DNA of 64,000 nt. Source: Hadesarchaea archaeon. Lineage in GTDB: Archaea; Hadarchaeota; Hadarchaeia; Hadarchaeales; WYZ-LMO6. The notes under the pieces were generated by a model. The model ran no database searches. It was not told where the DNA came from and saw only the letters and a program-made list of their open reading frames with translations. The position numbers and the translations under genes are program-made. Location: positions 1 to 64,000 of the forward strand of contig JAPDJF010000003.1 of assembly GCA_029259185.1 (NCBI GenBank), given 5' to 3'. How positions within the stretch are numbered: the stretch's first letter is position 1; the number at the start of each line of letters is the position of its first letter. Below, in pieces: positions 50,424-60,454 of the stretch.

Positions 50424-50605
50424 AACGGAATCGAGCGAGAAACCCCGCACTTTAGCGTGGGGTGAATGCGTGCCGAGGTCCGATTCCGCAATAGCTAACG
50501 GCCCGAGCGAACACCTGGAGATCAATACCTCCGTAACCCCCTTCCATGGGTGATCGAGCCTAGTCGTCGAGGAGGAAGCCCCGCTTCAGCGGTGCGGTAG
50601 TCCAC
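50424..50605 (+). mobile_element. IS200/IS605-derived palindromic MITE copy B
   Basis: TTTAG at 50419-50423; homologous to copies A and C; ends GTAGTCCAC. Confidence 0.88.
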
Positions 50606-50724
50606 TGTCTTAGTAACCTCAAACCCGTACCTCGAACGAGTGGGCCCCCCGGATTTTGGGTATACCGGAAAATGGGCCTTAGATTTGACCACAAGTATTT
50701 AAAAGGTCTTGAGGAAGAGGGAAG

Positions 50725-51090
50725 ATGGAAGAGCTATCGAGGAACTTAGAAGCCGAACTTAAAGAGGAGCTGTCCAGGGTCATCAAGACCGAACTCCAGC
50801 AGAGTTTGGCCGAGGAACTCAAGCGCATGATGGAATCCAACTTGAAACAAGTTATCGCAGAAAGCCTCGATAAATTGAAAATGAACGAACTTAAGGTTTC
50901 GATCGTCCAGAAGATCAAGAAAAAAATAGAGGGGAGGCTGGATCAGCTCATCGAGGAGGTGCTAGATCGGACTACCCCCCAAGACATAAGCCGAGCGCTC
51001 CTCTCAGCGCTGAGCATGAGCATCGAGGAGGTCAAAAAGGTGCTTGAGGGAGTGGGAGCCGAAAAAACTGGAGAAAACTCCAATCCGTAG
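50725..51090 (+). CDS. Coiled-coil hypothetical protein
   Basis: TATTTAAAA box upstream; repeated amphipathic helices; first gene of the operon. Confidence 0.7.
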   Translation: MEELSRNLEAELKEELSRVIKTELQQSLAEELKRMMESNLKQVIAESLDKLKMNELKVSIVQKIKKKIEGRLDQLIEEVLDRTTPQDISRALLSALSMSIEEVKKVLEGVGAEKTGENSNP

Positions 51091-51092
51091 AG

Positions 51093-52106
51093 GTGGAAGC
51101 GATGGGGATACTCGAATCGATTGAACTACTTAAATCCAAGTTCGGTGGTGAGTTCGATAAGGGAAAGATTTCGGTCGTTCTCCGGCCCTTAGAAGAGAAG
51201 CCTTCTGAGGTGGGTGGAGCGGAGATCACCCGGGAGATCTCAGCAGGTGAAGCCAAGCCCACGGGAGACCTATCTCAAGTTGGGGGGAAAACCCGTCACA
51301 TGTTTCCTAAGTGGGATAACTTGGTTGAGAAATGGAACTCCGTAGCCCTTGCGATAGGGTTGGGGTTTTTGAATCTCTGGAACAAAAAACACTGGGTGTT
51401 TCCGATTCTCTTGTTCGGATGTGGTATAGCACTGTGGTATCAGAGCGTTTCATCCTCTCTCCTCTCATTCACCCTTTGTATAACGGTGCTTCTCACGACC
51501 CTTGTCTTGGCTTTCGTTGGGCTTGTGGTAATGGATCAGATCCAGCGGGATATCGCCTCCACCGGAAGGATAGTAACCCAAACGCTGGTCGGCATCGTGA
51601 TGATAGTTGGGTTCCTCCTCTACTTGGACCTCTCCATAGGAGGTTTCCTCCCGGCACCCCCTCTGGTGCTGTTGATAGGGGTGATGTGGGCTATTCCACT
51701 CGTTCCCTATGTCACGCTAGCAATACTCCTTCCCCCCTTGCTTGGGAGTATCCCTAGGTTCAAACCTAAATGGAACGCGTTGAGGGGAAAGTATCCATTT
51801 TGGGGGATATATTGTGCAGTACTTGGGGGATTGCTCATCCTGTACGTTCCACTAAAATTCTTTCCACTTTACATGTACTCCTCTCTAGTCTTCTGGGGGA
51901 TGTTTTTGGGGAGTTCCACTTTAGCTTTGGCGGCTATCCTAGCTATGTTTCCACGAAAGGATTCCACTAAGGTGACTGGTCTGTTCTTGGTCATCTTGGC
52001 TGCGCTTTCATGGGTAGGGACGCTAGGAGGTGTTATACTGGGATCCATCCTCTGCGTGGTGGGGGGAGCCCATGCGTATGCATGGACTCCAACTTCAAGG
52101 TCATAG
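51093..52106 (+). CDS. Membrane protein with C-terminal DUF6114-like domain
   Basis: PFWG....LGG..ILY.P...S....LGG..LG..L...GG...AW.P pattern. Confidence 0.7.
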   Translation: MEAMGILESIELLKSKFGGEFDKGKISVVLRPLEEKPSEVGGAEITREISAGEAKPTGDLSQVGGKTRHMFPKWDNLVEKWNSVALAIGLGFLNLWNKKHWVFPILLFGCGIALWYQSVSSSLLSFTLCITVLLTTLVLAFVGLVVMDQIQRDIASTGRIVTQTLVGIVMIVGFLLYLDLSIGGFLPAPPLVLLIGVMWAIPLVPYVTLAILLPPLLGSIPRFKPKWNALRGKYPFWGIYCAVLGGLLILYVPLKFFPLYMYSSLVFWGMFLGSSTLALAAILAMFPRKDSTKVTGLFLVILAALSWVGTLGGVILGSILCVVGGAHAYAWTPTSRS

Positions 52107-52143
52107 GAGGGCCTATGACAAAAAACGAAGGAGGGAGTAAAGA

Positions 52144-52647
52144 ATGGAAGGATTTGGAAAAATAGCAGGTGTGGGGCTGGCGTCTATCTTCGGTATAGTG
52201 GTGATGACTTCGATGGCGGGAGTGAGCCTAGGAATGCCAGTGAGTGACTTCCAATTCAGTGCCGATGGGATCCAGGGACGAGGATTAAACCTCTATGCTG
52301 GGACTATATCTGAAAATTCTGGAGAGCTGGGAAAGATTTTCATAGAGCTGGATGGTGCCGATATAGCGGAGATGTGTATATCCAAGGAGATGTCTATTGG
52401 AGGACTCACCGTGAGAGCTATTGTTAAGGGATCTAGCGCTGAAGCGATGAGTGTGCTGATGAAGTGCGAAAACTTCATGGCGACCACGATGGCGGCGGAG
52501 AACTTGGGAATGGGTCCCTCCGGGGACAAAGAGTTCGCTACTACTGCCGACGTTCTCAACGTTAAAAATGTCAGGGCTTGGGTGAGTCATATGAACGTGG
52601 GCTCCATCGACTTAAACGATCTCGTGATAAAGCTCGAAATAGTGTAG
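52144..52647 (+). CDS. DUF6230-like secreted/anchored beta-rich protein
   Basis: N-terminal TM; F...AD...G....Y, A.I..MC.S, F...AD...V.NV pattern. Confidence 0.65.
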   Translation: MEGFGKIAGVGLASIFGIVVMTSMAGVSLGMPVSDFQFSADGIQGRGLNLYAGTISENSGELGKIFIELDGADIAEMCISKEMSIGGLTVRAIVKGSSAEAMSVLMKCENFMATTMAAENLGMGPSGDKEFATTADVLNVKNVRAWVSHMNVGSIDLNDLVIKLEIV

Positions 52648-52687
52648 CCGTAAGACGCCAGCCTCTTTTAATTTTTGGGGGACCTGC

Positions 52688-53212
52688 ATGCGATTTCATC
52701 AAGGTTTCAAGTTAGCCTTCCTCGTTTTCCTGAGTTTATTTGCTCTCATCATCTTTCCCGTTCCCTTGCTTGGGGGAAGCGAGCCCACTTTCCAAATCTG
52801 GGCAAACTCTTCTTCCACCGATCAAATAAATATCGTGGGGGATGTCAACGAAAACATCACTTTGGTCACCACCCTATCGATACATCTTGAAGGGGTGACG
52901 ATACTAATCGATAACGTGTGCTTGTGCTTGGACGACGTGGATCTCGAAAATTTTTACATGTGTGTGGAGTATCTGGAAACCGATATCGAGATCTTCGGTG
53001 TGATCCCGCTCGCCCATCTCGTCATAAACGGGTCCCATGTTGATGAGGGGATACCACTCCTCGGGGCGATATTGGGTCTTCAAACGTGCCATACGGCCGA
53101 TGCCCATCTTGGTCCACCCTTGACTTCCCTCATCCGGATGAATAACATGTATGTCGTGGCCAGAGAGCTGAGTTGTAAGCTGGAGGCCGAAAACGTGGTC
53201 ATACGGGTGTGA
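52688..53212 (+). CDS. Secreted beta-rich hypothetical protein, possible distant DUF6230 paralog
   Basis: Signal/TM followed by F.I.A and alternating beta strands; last gene of the cluster. Confidence 0.6.
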   Translation: MRFHQGFKLAFLVFLSLFALIIFPVPLLGGSEPTFQIWANSSSTDQINIVGDVNENITLVTTLSIHLEGVTILIDNVCLCLDDVDLENFYMCVEYLETDIEIFGVIPLAHLVINGSHVDEGIPLLGAILGLQTCHTADAHLGPPLTSLIRMNNMYVVARELSCKLEAENVVIRV

Positions 53213-53286
53213 AACGTACTCTCAAGTGCTCGACCTAGGTCCGGAAGGGATATCTACCCCTTGCACCTAGTTTTTTTTGGATAAGG

Positions 53287-53661
53287 GTGTACAGGTGGAG
53301 ACACTTCAGACACGGGCCCGGGAGGCCCATGAAACCCAGATTCATAGGGTTAAAACCATGTCTCTTCACGTTTATTCCTTCCTCATGTGAAGAATTTCCC
53401 CCTGGAACTCCGGATCCAATTTATATGGCATACGATGAGTATGAGGCATTTCGGCTAGTGTACCATGAGGGGTTGAATCAAGAGGAGGCTGCCAAGCGGA
53501 TGAGAATTTCGCGGGGGACGCTGTGGCGCTGTCTTGAGAGTGCGAGGAACAAAATAGCGCGTATGCTAGTGGAACACCGCCCCCTTGTGGTCACCCCCGC
53601 ACCCCATCCGACTCCGGGAGCCACCTCGACTGGGAGTTCCCCTCCGCTCATCCATCGTTAG
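53287..53661 (+). CDS. DUF134 (UPF0251) DNA-binding protein
   Basis: GRP.K.R, EYEAFRLV..EGL.QEEAA.RM.ISR.T.WR.L.SAR.KIA. Confidence 0.88.
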   Translation: MYRWRHFRHGPGRPMKPRFIGLKPCLFTFIPSSCEEFPPGTPDPIYMAYDEYEAFRLVYHEGLNQEEAAKRMRISRGTLWRCLESARNKIARMLVEHRPLVVTPAPHPTPGATSTGSSPPLIHR

Positions 53662-54695
53662 AAATACTTGTCTATATTCTCTAACGCTTTTGTGACCAAG
53701 GAGCTTGCTGAAGTCATGTCATGCATGTCCAGCATCTCTACTGAGGAGTGGATGTATCTGGTGGGAATACCTACTACTCCTGTGGGAATGCCGGCCCGTG
53801 TTAGGGATATGGCGGTCGCATCAGTAGTTCCACCCTTAGCCACGTCCAACTGGTATGGGATTTTGTGCGCTTCCGCTGTTTCGGTCAGCCACTTCAGTAC
53901 GTTTCTGGAGACGATGATCCCCCTTCCACTCGCATCCACCACCGTTATGGATGGTCCCTTCCCTAGCTCCAGAGACGAGTCTTTCTTCTCTATTCCTAAG
54001 TGATCACCAGGTATTGAGACATCCAAGGCTATAGCCACGGATGGCTGAAGCCCAAAAGCGGAGGTTTTAGCTCCTTTCAGTCCAACCTCCTCCTGCACAG
54101 TCCCTACCGCATACACGGTGGCACTCGTTTTTGTCTTCTTCACAGCGTCTATCATTATAGCTAGTCCCGCCCTATTGTCGAACCCTTTTCCCGTCACCCT
54201 ATTGTTTATGAGGAATCTGACCGTTCTATCCAAAGTCGCCACGCTACCGATCGTTACCCCAGCTTTTTTTACCTCTTCCTCGCTTCGAGCTCCCACATCT
54301 ATGAACATGTCGTCTGCTTTGATGGGTTTCTTCTTCTCCTCTTCCTCTAACAAGTGGGGCGGCTTTGACCCTATCACTCCGTACACCTCTCCTCTCTCGG
54401 TTTTGAACACAACTCTTTCGTTCAGGAGAGTTTGTTCGAACCATCCCCCTATGGGAACGAAACGTATGAACCCCCGTTCGTCTATGTATTTGACCATCAA
54501 CCCGATTTCATCCATGTGAGCCGCAAGCATGCAAGAGGTAGACGAACCATTTTTGATTGCTATCAAGTTTCCCATCGTGTCGATCTTTATCTCATCCACA
54601 TGACCTTCCAACTCCTCCTTGAGGATCTCTCTTATCTCATCCTCACGACCCGAAACACCGTGGGCATTGGACAGCTTCTCCAGAAGTTCTTTCAT
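53658..54695 (-). CDS. M42 family (TET) aminopeptidase
   Basis: G.SG.E, AAHMDEIG, DNR.G, VQEEVGL.GA, GGTTDA, RYIHS. Confidence 0.95.
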   Translation of the reverse strand: MKELLEKLSNAHGVSGREDEIREILKEELEGHVDEIKIDTMGNLIAIKNGSSTSCMLAAHMDEIGLMVKYIDERGFIRFVPIGGWFEQTLLNERVVFKTERGEVYGVIGSKPPHLLEEEEKKKPIKADDMFIDVGARSEEEVKKAGVTIGSVATLDRTVRFLINNRVTGKGFDNRAGLAIMIDAVKKTKTSATVYAVGTVQEEVGLKGAKTSAFGLQPSVAIALDVSIPGDHLGIEKKDSSLELGKGPSITVVDASGRGIIVSRNVLKWLTETAEAHKIPYQLDVAKGGTTDATAISLTRAGIPTGVVGIPTRYIHSSVEMLDMHDMTSASSLVTKALENIDKYF

Positions 54696-54853
54696 CTCGG
54701 ACACCCAAACCTCTCTCACTTTAATTCAAAAAACTTTTCCCATGTCGAAACGAGGACTCGGCAGAAAATTTCATCCCGTGAGCACAGTTGCAGGAGGTTC
54801 GGTCCCTCGTGTGTGCCACCCCGGCCGTTTTATCGGTACCTCAGTACTGGTCG

Positions 54854-55179
54854 GTGAACTACCCCGCCCTAAAGGACGGGGCTTCTGCGCTCGCTGGCCA
54901 ACGGGTAACTTCAGGGTCTTCATCGCTTGGGCCATTTGACTTCACCTTTTCGATCCTTTTCCACAAGCTTGAGCATGTACTCGCTCGTGTCCTTAAACTT
55001 CAGAACCTTCGCCCGGTACTGTGCCCAAGCCCACAGCTCCTCGTCACTCTCGTCATGGAGCACCAAGGATGTGTGTTTTGCCATACTTGCCAAACGTATA
55101 TACGTGGCTAGGTTTTATATCTTTTTGGGGTAATCGGCCCCATCCCCTCCCTTGCGGAGGGGTCTTCTCGCGGAGGCAG
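54854..55179 (-). mobile_element. Mini IS605-type element (TAM TTTAT) with intact ends, a small gene and internally deleted tnpB
   Basis: Left end AAGA-CCCCTCC/GGAGGGG hairpin; right end GAAGCCCCGTCCTTTAGGGCGGGGTAGTTCAC. Confidence 0.85.
54920..55084 (-). CDS. 54-aa probable ribbon-helix-helix (CopG/Arc-like) protein, not in the ORF track
   Basis: MAKHTSLVLHDESDEELWAWAQYRAKVLKFKDTSEYMLKLVEKDRKGEVKWPKR; TATAAAA upstream; TGA overlaps the ATG of the tnpB stub. Confidence 0.65.
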   Translation of the reverse strand: MAKHTSLVLHDESDEELWAWAQYRAKVLKFKDTSEYMLKLVEKDRKGEVKWPKR

Positions 55180-55304
55180 ATAAATTCTCGTCTTTGATCT
55201 TCGAGCTGACTTTCGTCATCCGTTATCTTGGACTCGGTGAGAGACTTGGTTTTTTTTCAAAAAATGTCTAGCGGTAGAATTAAACGGTAATTTGTCCGAG
55301 TCAG

Positions 55305-56003
55305 GTGATGGGGGCGGATTTCGATCGAATAGCATCTAGTTACGACAAGTGGTATGACACCCCTCTTGGCAAATATGCTCATGAGCTGGAGAAGGAATTG
55401 ATCCTCCAGTTCGCCGCTCCGAAGAAAGGTGAAAGGATACTTGATGTGGGGTGTGGAACCGGGATATATGCCATAGAACTAGCGAAAATGGGATTAGATG
55501 TAACGTGTTATGACCGTTCCAGAAACATGCTTCGAGTTTCTTGGAACAAAGCACAGGAGAGGAGAATCCATATGAATTTCGTGTTGGGGACAGCCGAAAA
55601 GCTTCCTTTTAGAGACAGGAGCTTTGATCTCATCATCTCGATAACAACTTTAGAGTTCATAGAACACCCAGCACTCGTAGTAAATGAGATGAAACGGGTT
55701 CTCCGGAGGAGCGGGAGAATAGTCCTTGGAGTCCTTAACAGCTGGAGTTCTTGGGCTATCGAGAGGAAACTCAAATCCTTGGTGCGAGAGTCCGTCTTCA
55801 AGTATGCCAGATTCTATAACCCTTTGGAGCTGACAACGATGTTACGACCTATGAAGGTAGAGTGGGATTCGACTCTCCTCCTCCCACCCGAGACTCCAGA
55901 GTTCGTTTTGAATGGGGGTAAAAAGATAGAAAAGTTCTTGGTGAAGATACTCAAACCCTTTGGGGCGTTCATATGTTTAAAAGCGACATGGAGGGGGAGA
56001 TGA
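55305..56003 (+). CDS. Class I SAM-dependent methyltransferase
   Basis: ILDVGCGTG, AE.LPF....FD, EM.RVL...G. Confidence 0.9.
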   Translation: MMGADFDRIASSYDKWYDTPLGKYAHELEKELILQFAAPKKGERILDVGCGTGIYAIELAKMGLDVTCYDRSRNMLRVSWNKAQERRIHMNFVLGTAEKLPFRDRSFDLIISITTLEFIEHPALVVNEMKRVLRRSGRIVLGVLNSWSSWAIERKLKSLVRESVFKYARFYNPLELTTMLRPMKVEWDSTLLLPPETPEFVLNGGKKIEKFLVKILKPFGAFICLKATWRGR

Positions 56004-56791
56004 TGGAGATAATCTATGGTCCGGTTTCCTCTTGGAGACTTGGTAGGTCACTTGGGATTGACCTGATATGCAAAGAGGAAGGGAAAGTATGCAGCTTCGA
56101 TTGTATATATTGCTCGCTCGGAAGAACCACCGAGAAAACCCTTGAGAGAAAGCTCTACGTTCCCACCGATCTAATGGAGGAGGATTTACGAAAAACGTTG
56201 AAGGAAGTTGATGCTGATATCATCACTTTTTCGGGAACGGGTGAGCCGACCCTAGCTCTCAATTTGGGGGAAGCCATAATGGCCGTGCGGAAGATAACCG
56301 ATCTCCCGGTTGCGGTGTTAACCAATTCTACGCTGATGGTTAGAGAGGATGTGAGGAGGGAGTTGGCCAAAGCGGACGTGATTAAGGGAAAGCTAGATGC
56401 TCCGAATGGAGAAGTGCTCGAAGCGGTGAACCGCCCCCACCAAGGTGTTGGGTTCGAGGAGCTCGTGAAGGGGATGAAGCTTTTTCGGAAAGGTTACAGA
56501 GGAAAGTTCTCTATCGAAGTGATGTTCGTGCCTCAGAACGTAAGGTATGCTGGGAGGATAGCGGAAGTGATTAAGGAAATCGGACCAGACGAAGTGCAGA
56601 TCAATACACCTACCCGACCGAGCCCCGTTGGTCCCCTCACACCAAAACAGATCGAGGAAATCGAAGAGAACTTCAAGACAATGAATTTCATATCGGTTTA
56701 TAGGGCTGAGAGGGTGAGAATCGAGAAGATCGTTGGGGGGAAAAAAGTGGGGAGGTTAAAGCGTCGAGAGGGTGGAGGCTCCCGAAGTTAA
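56000..56791 (+). CDS. Radical SAM protein (COG0731-like)
   Basis: YGPV.SWRLG.SLG.D, CSFDCIYC, TFSG.GEPTL. Confidence 0.9.
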   Translation: MMEIIYGPVSSWRLGRSLGIDLICKEEGKVCSFDCIYCSLGRTTEKTLERKLYVPTDLMEEDLRKTLKEVDADIITFSGTGEPTLALNLGEAIMAVRKITDLPVAVLTNSTLMVREDVRRELAKADVIKGKLDAPNGEVLEAVNRPHQGVGFEELVKGMKLFRKGYRGKFSIEVMFVPQNVRYAGRIAEVIKEIGPDEVQINTPTRPSPVGPLTPKQIEEIEENFKTMNFISVYRAERVRIEKIVGGKKVGRLKRREGGGSRS

Positions 56792-56824
56792 ATTTTTCAA
56801 TGGAATCTCCAGAGTTATACAGAA

Positions 56825-57577
56825 ATGAAAATCGTTTACGGTGAGAAATATCGTACCGTCTACTCTTCTGATCCAGCGGCTGCGCCTGGCAGGATGGAAT
56901 CAATCTTGGACGAACTCGGCGGGGCCTTTGATTTCGTGGAACCAGAACCCGCAAGCGAGGAAGACATTTGCTTGGTCCATACCCGTTCCCACTTGGATCG
57001 GATCAAGAAGAAACCCGTGATTTACGAGGTAGCGCTGTTATCGGCGGGAGGTGCGATAAAGGCATCCGAGATAGCTATGGAAGAGGGCCCCGCGTTTGGA
57101 CTTATAAGACCTCCAGGACATCACGCGAACCCTGATAACTGTTGGGGATTTTGTTATTTCAACAACATCGCTGTTTCGGTTGAGAAGCTGAGAAAAAGTG
57201 GAAAAATAAAGAGCGCGGTGATCGTGGATTTTGATCTCCACTATGGTGATGGTACCGCGAATATTTTCGCACACGTGGATGAGGTCGTCTACCACCACCT
57301 AGGGGGGAGAGACAGAATCGCCATCTTGGAAGATCTGGAGTCATTCCTTTCCAGCCTCCGTACGTGCGATGTTATATGCGTTTCTGCAGGATTCGACAAC
57401 CATGAGGAGGACTGGGGTGGCGCGCTGAAGACCCAAGATTACAACGAAATCGGAAAGATCATTAAAGAGCGAGCCGATGCCTTGTGTGGTGGAAAGAGAT
57501 ACGGAGTTCTAGAGGGGGGGTATAATCATGTGGTGCTCGGTAAGAATGTTCGGGCATTTCTTGCTGGATTTGGATGA
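56825..57577 (+). CDS. Histone deacetylase / acetylpolyamine amidohydrolase family protein
   Basis: RPPGHHA, GFC.FNN, D.D.H.GDGT, SAGFD, LEGGY. Confidence 0.92.
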   Translation: MKIVYGEKYRTVYSSDPAAAPGRMESILDELGGAFDFVEPEPASEEDICLVHTRSHLDRIKKKPVIYEVALLSAGGAIKASEIAMEEGPAFGLIRPPGHHANPDNCWGFCYFNNIAVSVEKLRKSGKIKSAVIVDFDLHYGDGTANIFAHVDEVVYHHLGGRDRIAILEDLESFLSSLRTCDVICVSAGFDNHEEDWGGALKTQDYNEIGKIIKERADALCGGKRYGVLEGGYNHVVLGKNVRAFLAGFG

Positions 57578-58708
57578 ATGTGGGGGGAAGGGATGCTTGA
57601 GTTGGAAATGCTTAAAAAAATCTCGTATGAAATCGGGCCTATAAGACCACCCTCGGAAGGGAGGCACTCGTTACTCTTGAGGCTCACGAGGAACTGTCCT
57701 TGGGGTCTCTGTAAGTTCTGCTACGGTAAGCCCTACAACCGAGAGAGGTTCAAGATCCGAGGGATACAGGAGATCGAGAGGGAGATCGAGAATGTGAAAA
57801 CCTTGAAGGATGGGATAGAGACCATCTCCAAGAAGCTAGGTGGTATGGAGTGGACAGCGTTGGCTCTAAGCAGTTACTCCCTTTATGGGAAAGAAGTTTC
57901 TGAGCTGAATCTAGGCGAGTTCTTGAATTTTCAGTGCATAATGAATGTATTTAGTTGGATCAGGGATGGCGCTAGGACCGTGTTCCTCCAAGATGCGGAT
58001 AACTTGATGATGCGAACAGACGACTTGGTAGAGATTTTGAGGTTTTTCAAGAGAACTCTTGGAGCTCCGGAGCGAGTGACTTCGTACGCTAGGGGTAGAA
58101 CTGTTTTCAAGAAACCTATGAGTGAATTGAAAGAGATCAAAAAGGCTGGGCTCTCAAGACTTCACGTGGGGTTAGAAAGTGGGGATGAGCTAGTCCTGAA
58201 GTATATGAACAAAGGGATGACGCCCCAAGAACTCATCGTGGGTGGGAAGAAAGCTATAGAGGCTGGGTTCGAGCTCTCCCTTTACGTCATTTTGGGACTG
58301 GGTGGGAAATCGATGTGGAGGCGACACGCGGAAAACACGGCGAAAGTGTTGAACGAGATAAACCCTGATTTCGTAAGGGTTCGCCGACTGGTTCCACTGA
58401 AAGACACTCCTCTTTTCGAAGAATGGAAGAGGGGAGAATTCATCCTGCTGTCACCTCACGAGGAGCTGAAAGAAATAGCAACTCTTATCAAAGGGTTGGA
58501 ATTTGAGGGAAAGGTATGCTTTGATCACTTTGCTAACCCATTTTATCACACGGGAGCGGGTTTTAGGTGGGTCTTCAAACAAGACAGTGAGGGGTACCAA
58601 TTTCCTCAAGAAAAAGAAGAAGTTCTAAGGAGGATAGAGAAAGCGCTGGAGATAGATGAATCTAACTTCATCGCGGCGGGGGATCTTTCCACGCTGGAAA
58701 CTTTGTGA
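57578..58708 (+). CDS. Radical SAM protein
   Basis: GPIRPPSE..SLL.R.T.NCPW..C.FC, GLESG. Confidence 0.88.
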   Translation: MWGEGMLELEMLKKISYEIGPIRPPSEGRHSLLLRLTRNCPWGLCKFCYGKPYNRERFKIRGIQEIEREIENVKTLKDGIETISKKLGGMEWTALALSSYSLYGKEVSELNLGEFLNFQCIMNVFSWIRDGARTVFLQDADNLMMRTDDLVEILRFFKRTLGAPERVTSYARGRTVFKKPMSELKEIKKAGLSRLHVGLESGDELVLKYMNKGMTPQELIVGGKKAIEAGFELSLYVILGLGGKSMWRRHAENTAKVLNEINPDFVRVRRLVPLKDTPLFEEWKRGEFILLSPHEELKEIATLIKGLEFEGKVCFDHFANPFYHTGAGFRWVFKQDSEGYQFPQEKEEVLRRIEKALEIDESNFIAAGDLSTLETL

Positions 58709-58714
58709 TTTGGA

Positions 58715-58894
58715 TCATTCCGGAAAACTTATGGCACCCGCAGTACATACTGCTTCACATGCTCTGCAGTCTACACACTCGTCGGGCTTAACGACCTCAC
58801 ATTTTTCATCCTTGACTTCTAGCACTTCGACAGGACAGGCGTTTACACACTCCCCGCAACCGGTGCACTTCTCTCTATCTATTACGGGTGGCAT
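58715..58894 (-). CDS. 2[4Fe-4S] ferredoxin (59 aa), not in the ORF track
   Basis: MPPVIDREKCTGCGECVNACP...ECVDCRACEAVCTAGAISFPE; TTTAAATA box upstream. Confidence 0.92.
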   Translation of the reverse strand: MPPVIDREKCTGCGECVNACPVEVLEVKDEKCEVVKPDECVDCRACEAVCTAGAISFPE

Positions 58895-59028
58895 TTTATT
58901 TGATGGATTCTAGTTATATTTAAATTTTTAGTTATGGGGCGATTCGTTGGAGGTTCGAGCGAAGTGCAGTGCGAGATCGCGGAAGGGATTAGACCACCGT
59001 TTCGGCTTGGATCGTTTGGGGGAGGGTT

Positions 59029-59673
59029 CTACAAAAAGTACTCCTTTATGAATTCAAAATTTCTTTTAGTCTTTTCCGCCCCTTTGACCACGCCACCGTG
59101 GCCTGGGAGCAGGTAGTGAATATCCAACTCGGAAACCCTTCTTATGGAGTCCTTCAATTTCTCCAGATCACCGCCTGGAAAGTCTGTGCGACCCACACCA
59201 CCCTCGAACAGGAGATCCCCGCACATCAGTAACTTCAGTTCCTCACAGTAAAAGCTCACACTCCCGGGTGTGTGACCGGGAGTGTGAATCACCACGAATT
59301 TCATTTTTCCCCCCAGTTTGTCCTCCAAAAAAATATCAACATCGAACTTCGGCATCTCCATTCCGAAGTACCCAGCGAACTCCATACTGAATGAGAGGTG
59401 TTCTAATTCCTCACGGTGCATCGCTATCTTAGCCCCTGAGAGGGTCTGAAGTGCACGGTTGGCCCCGCAGTGATCGGGGTGGCTGTGGGTGTTCGCTATT
59501 AGGTCTATTTCTCTGATATCGAAACCATCGTTTTCCATCTCCGATAAGCGCTGACTCAAATATCTTGGATTTCCGGGATCGATGAGCACGCAAGGATTGT
59601 TGTCTATCAAGTAGGTGTTGCAGTCACCGATAGCTTTCTCGGGATACCAATAGACATTTTTGACCAGTTTCAT
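59029..59673 (-). CDS. MBL-fold hydrolase (glyoxalase II-like)
   Basis: THSHPDH, TPGHTPGS, GD.LF..G.GRTD.PGG, PGHG. Confidence 0.9.
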   Translation of the reverse strand: MKLVKNVYWYPEKAIGDCNTYLIDNNPCVLIDPGNPRYLSQRLSEMENDGFDIREIDLIANTHSHPDHCGANRALQTLSGAKIAMHREELEHLSFSMEFAGYFGMEMPKFDVDIFLEDKLGGKMKFVVIHTPGHTPGSVSFYCEELKLLMCGDLLFEGGVGRTDFPGGDLEKLKDSIRRVSELDIHYLLPGHGGVVKGAEKTKRNFEFIKEYFL

Positions 59674-59806
59674 CTCGACCACCGCGAGGAGACCCCGTCC
59701 GAAAGGGCTGGGAGATTTTTAGGTGAAAATGCGCGTGCGATCTTTGAAGACAGTCCAGCAGGGAGAAACGGCTTGGATGTGGGCCGGATACCCGAAAACC
59801 CGAATA
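59674..59806 (+). mobile_element. Truncated IS605-type left end (TAM TTCAT) with tnpB start stub
   Basis: CTCGACCACCGCGAGGAGACCCCG identical to 61726; 59761-59806 matches 16820-16864. Confidence 0.75.
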
Positions 59807-59868
59807 AGCTTGTACAGAAATTCTTTCTGGCTCCGCGGATAGCTTTGCAGGAGCCATGAGTTCCTCCG

Positions 59869-60454
59869 CTACCTGACACTCTCTACCACCATTCTCGCTT
59901 TGTTTGAACACATACCGTAGAGCCTGCTAGAGAAGCTGGCGACGACGGAGGGGAGATCTCCGACTAACTCCTCGTGGGGAGTTCGTTCTTCTCGTTCATT
60001 TACCACTTCTATTCGAGCGCCGAGATCCTCAGCGTGATTTTTCAAATACTCAAAGCCAAAGCGGGTGAGGCGATCTTTCCACGCAACGATCACGGTATCG
60101 GCCTCGCCAGCCCTAAGCATCTCGAACACTTTTTTCAACCCCCGTCGGTTCTCGAAAGTCGCAACCACTCGTATCGCTTGCCCCTCGCGTATTCCTGAAG
60201 CATTCGTTTTTGACGTTTCAAATCTTCTTTCTGATCTACTGAGGAAACCCGTGCGTAGGCGATAGCCCGATTTTTTGGGACTCGTTGACCGAGCAACCGT
60301 TTGATTCCGCTCTCTGGGATACGATACCTTTTGGCCGCAGCCTGATGGCCTTGACCCTGCCCGCGTAAATCCAGCGCTTTATGGTGATGAACGAAATCTC
60401 CAAGAGCTTGGCCGCTTGCCCCGGTGGGCAGAGTTTTTCCCCTCGCATGTTCAC
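59869..60454 (-). pseudogene. tnpA: IS607-family serine recombinase TnpA, frameshifted
   Basis: N-terminal MerR-like HTH (AAKLL.IS..TI.RW...G), YARVSS in another frame, R.GL......DRL.RFGF, EEL..DL....SFS.RLYG. Confidence 0.85.

Noticed and set aside
54691-54706. TTCATCTCGGACACCC at the M42 start, resembling the IS left end
   Set aside because: No left-end hairpin follows; this is a native ribosome-binding region that the IS end merely resembles
54740-54850. Possible structured leader or ribozyme upstream of the M42 peptidase
   Set aside because: Only one convincing helix (ACGAGGGAC/GTCCTCGT); no hammerhead or riboswitch core in the correct order
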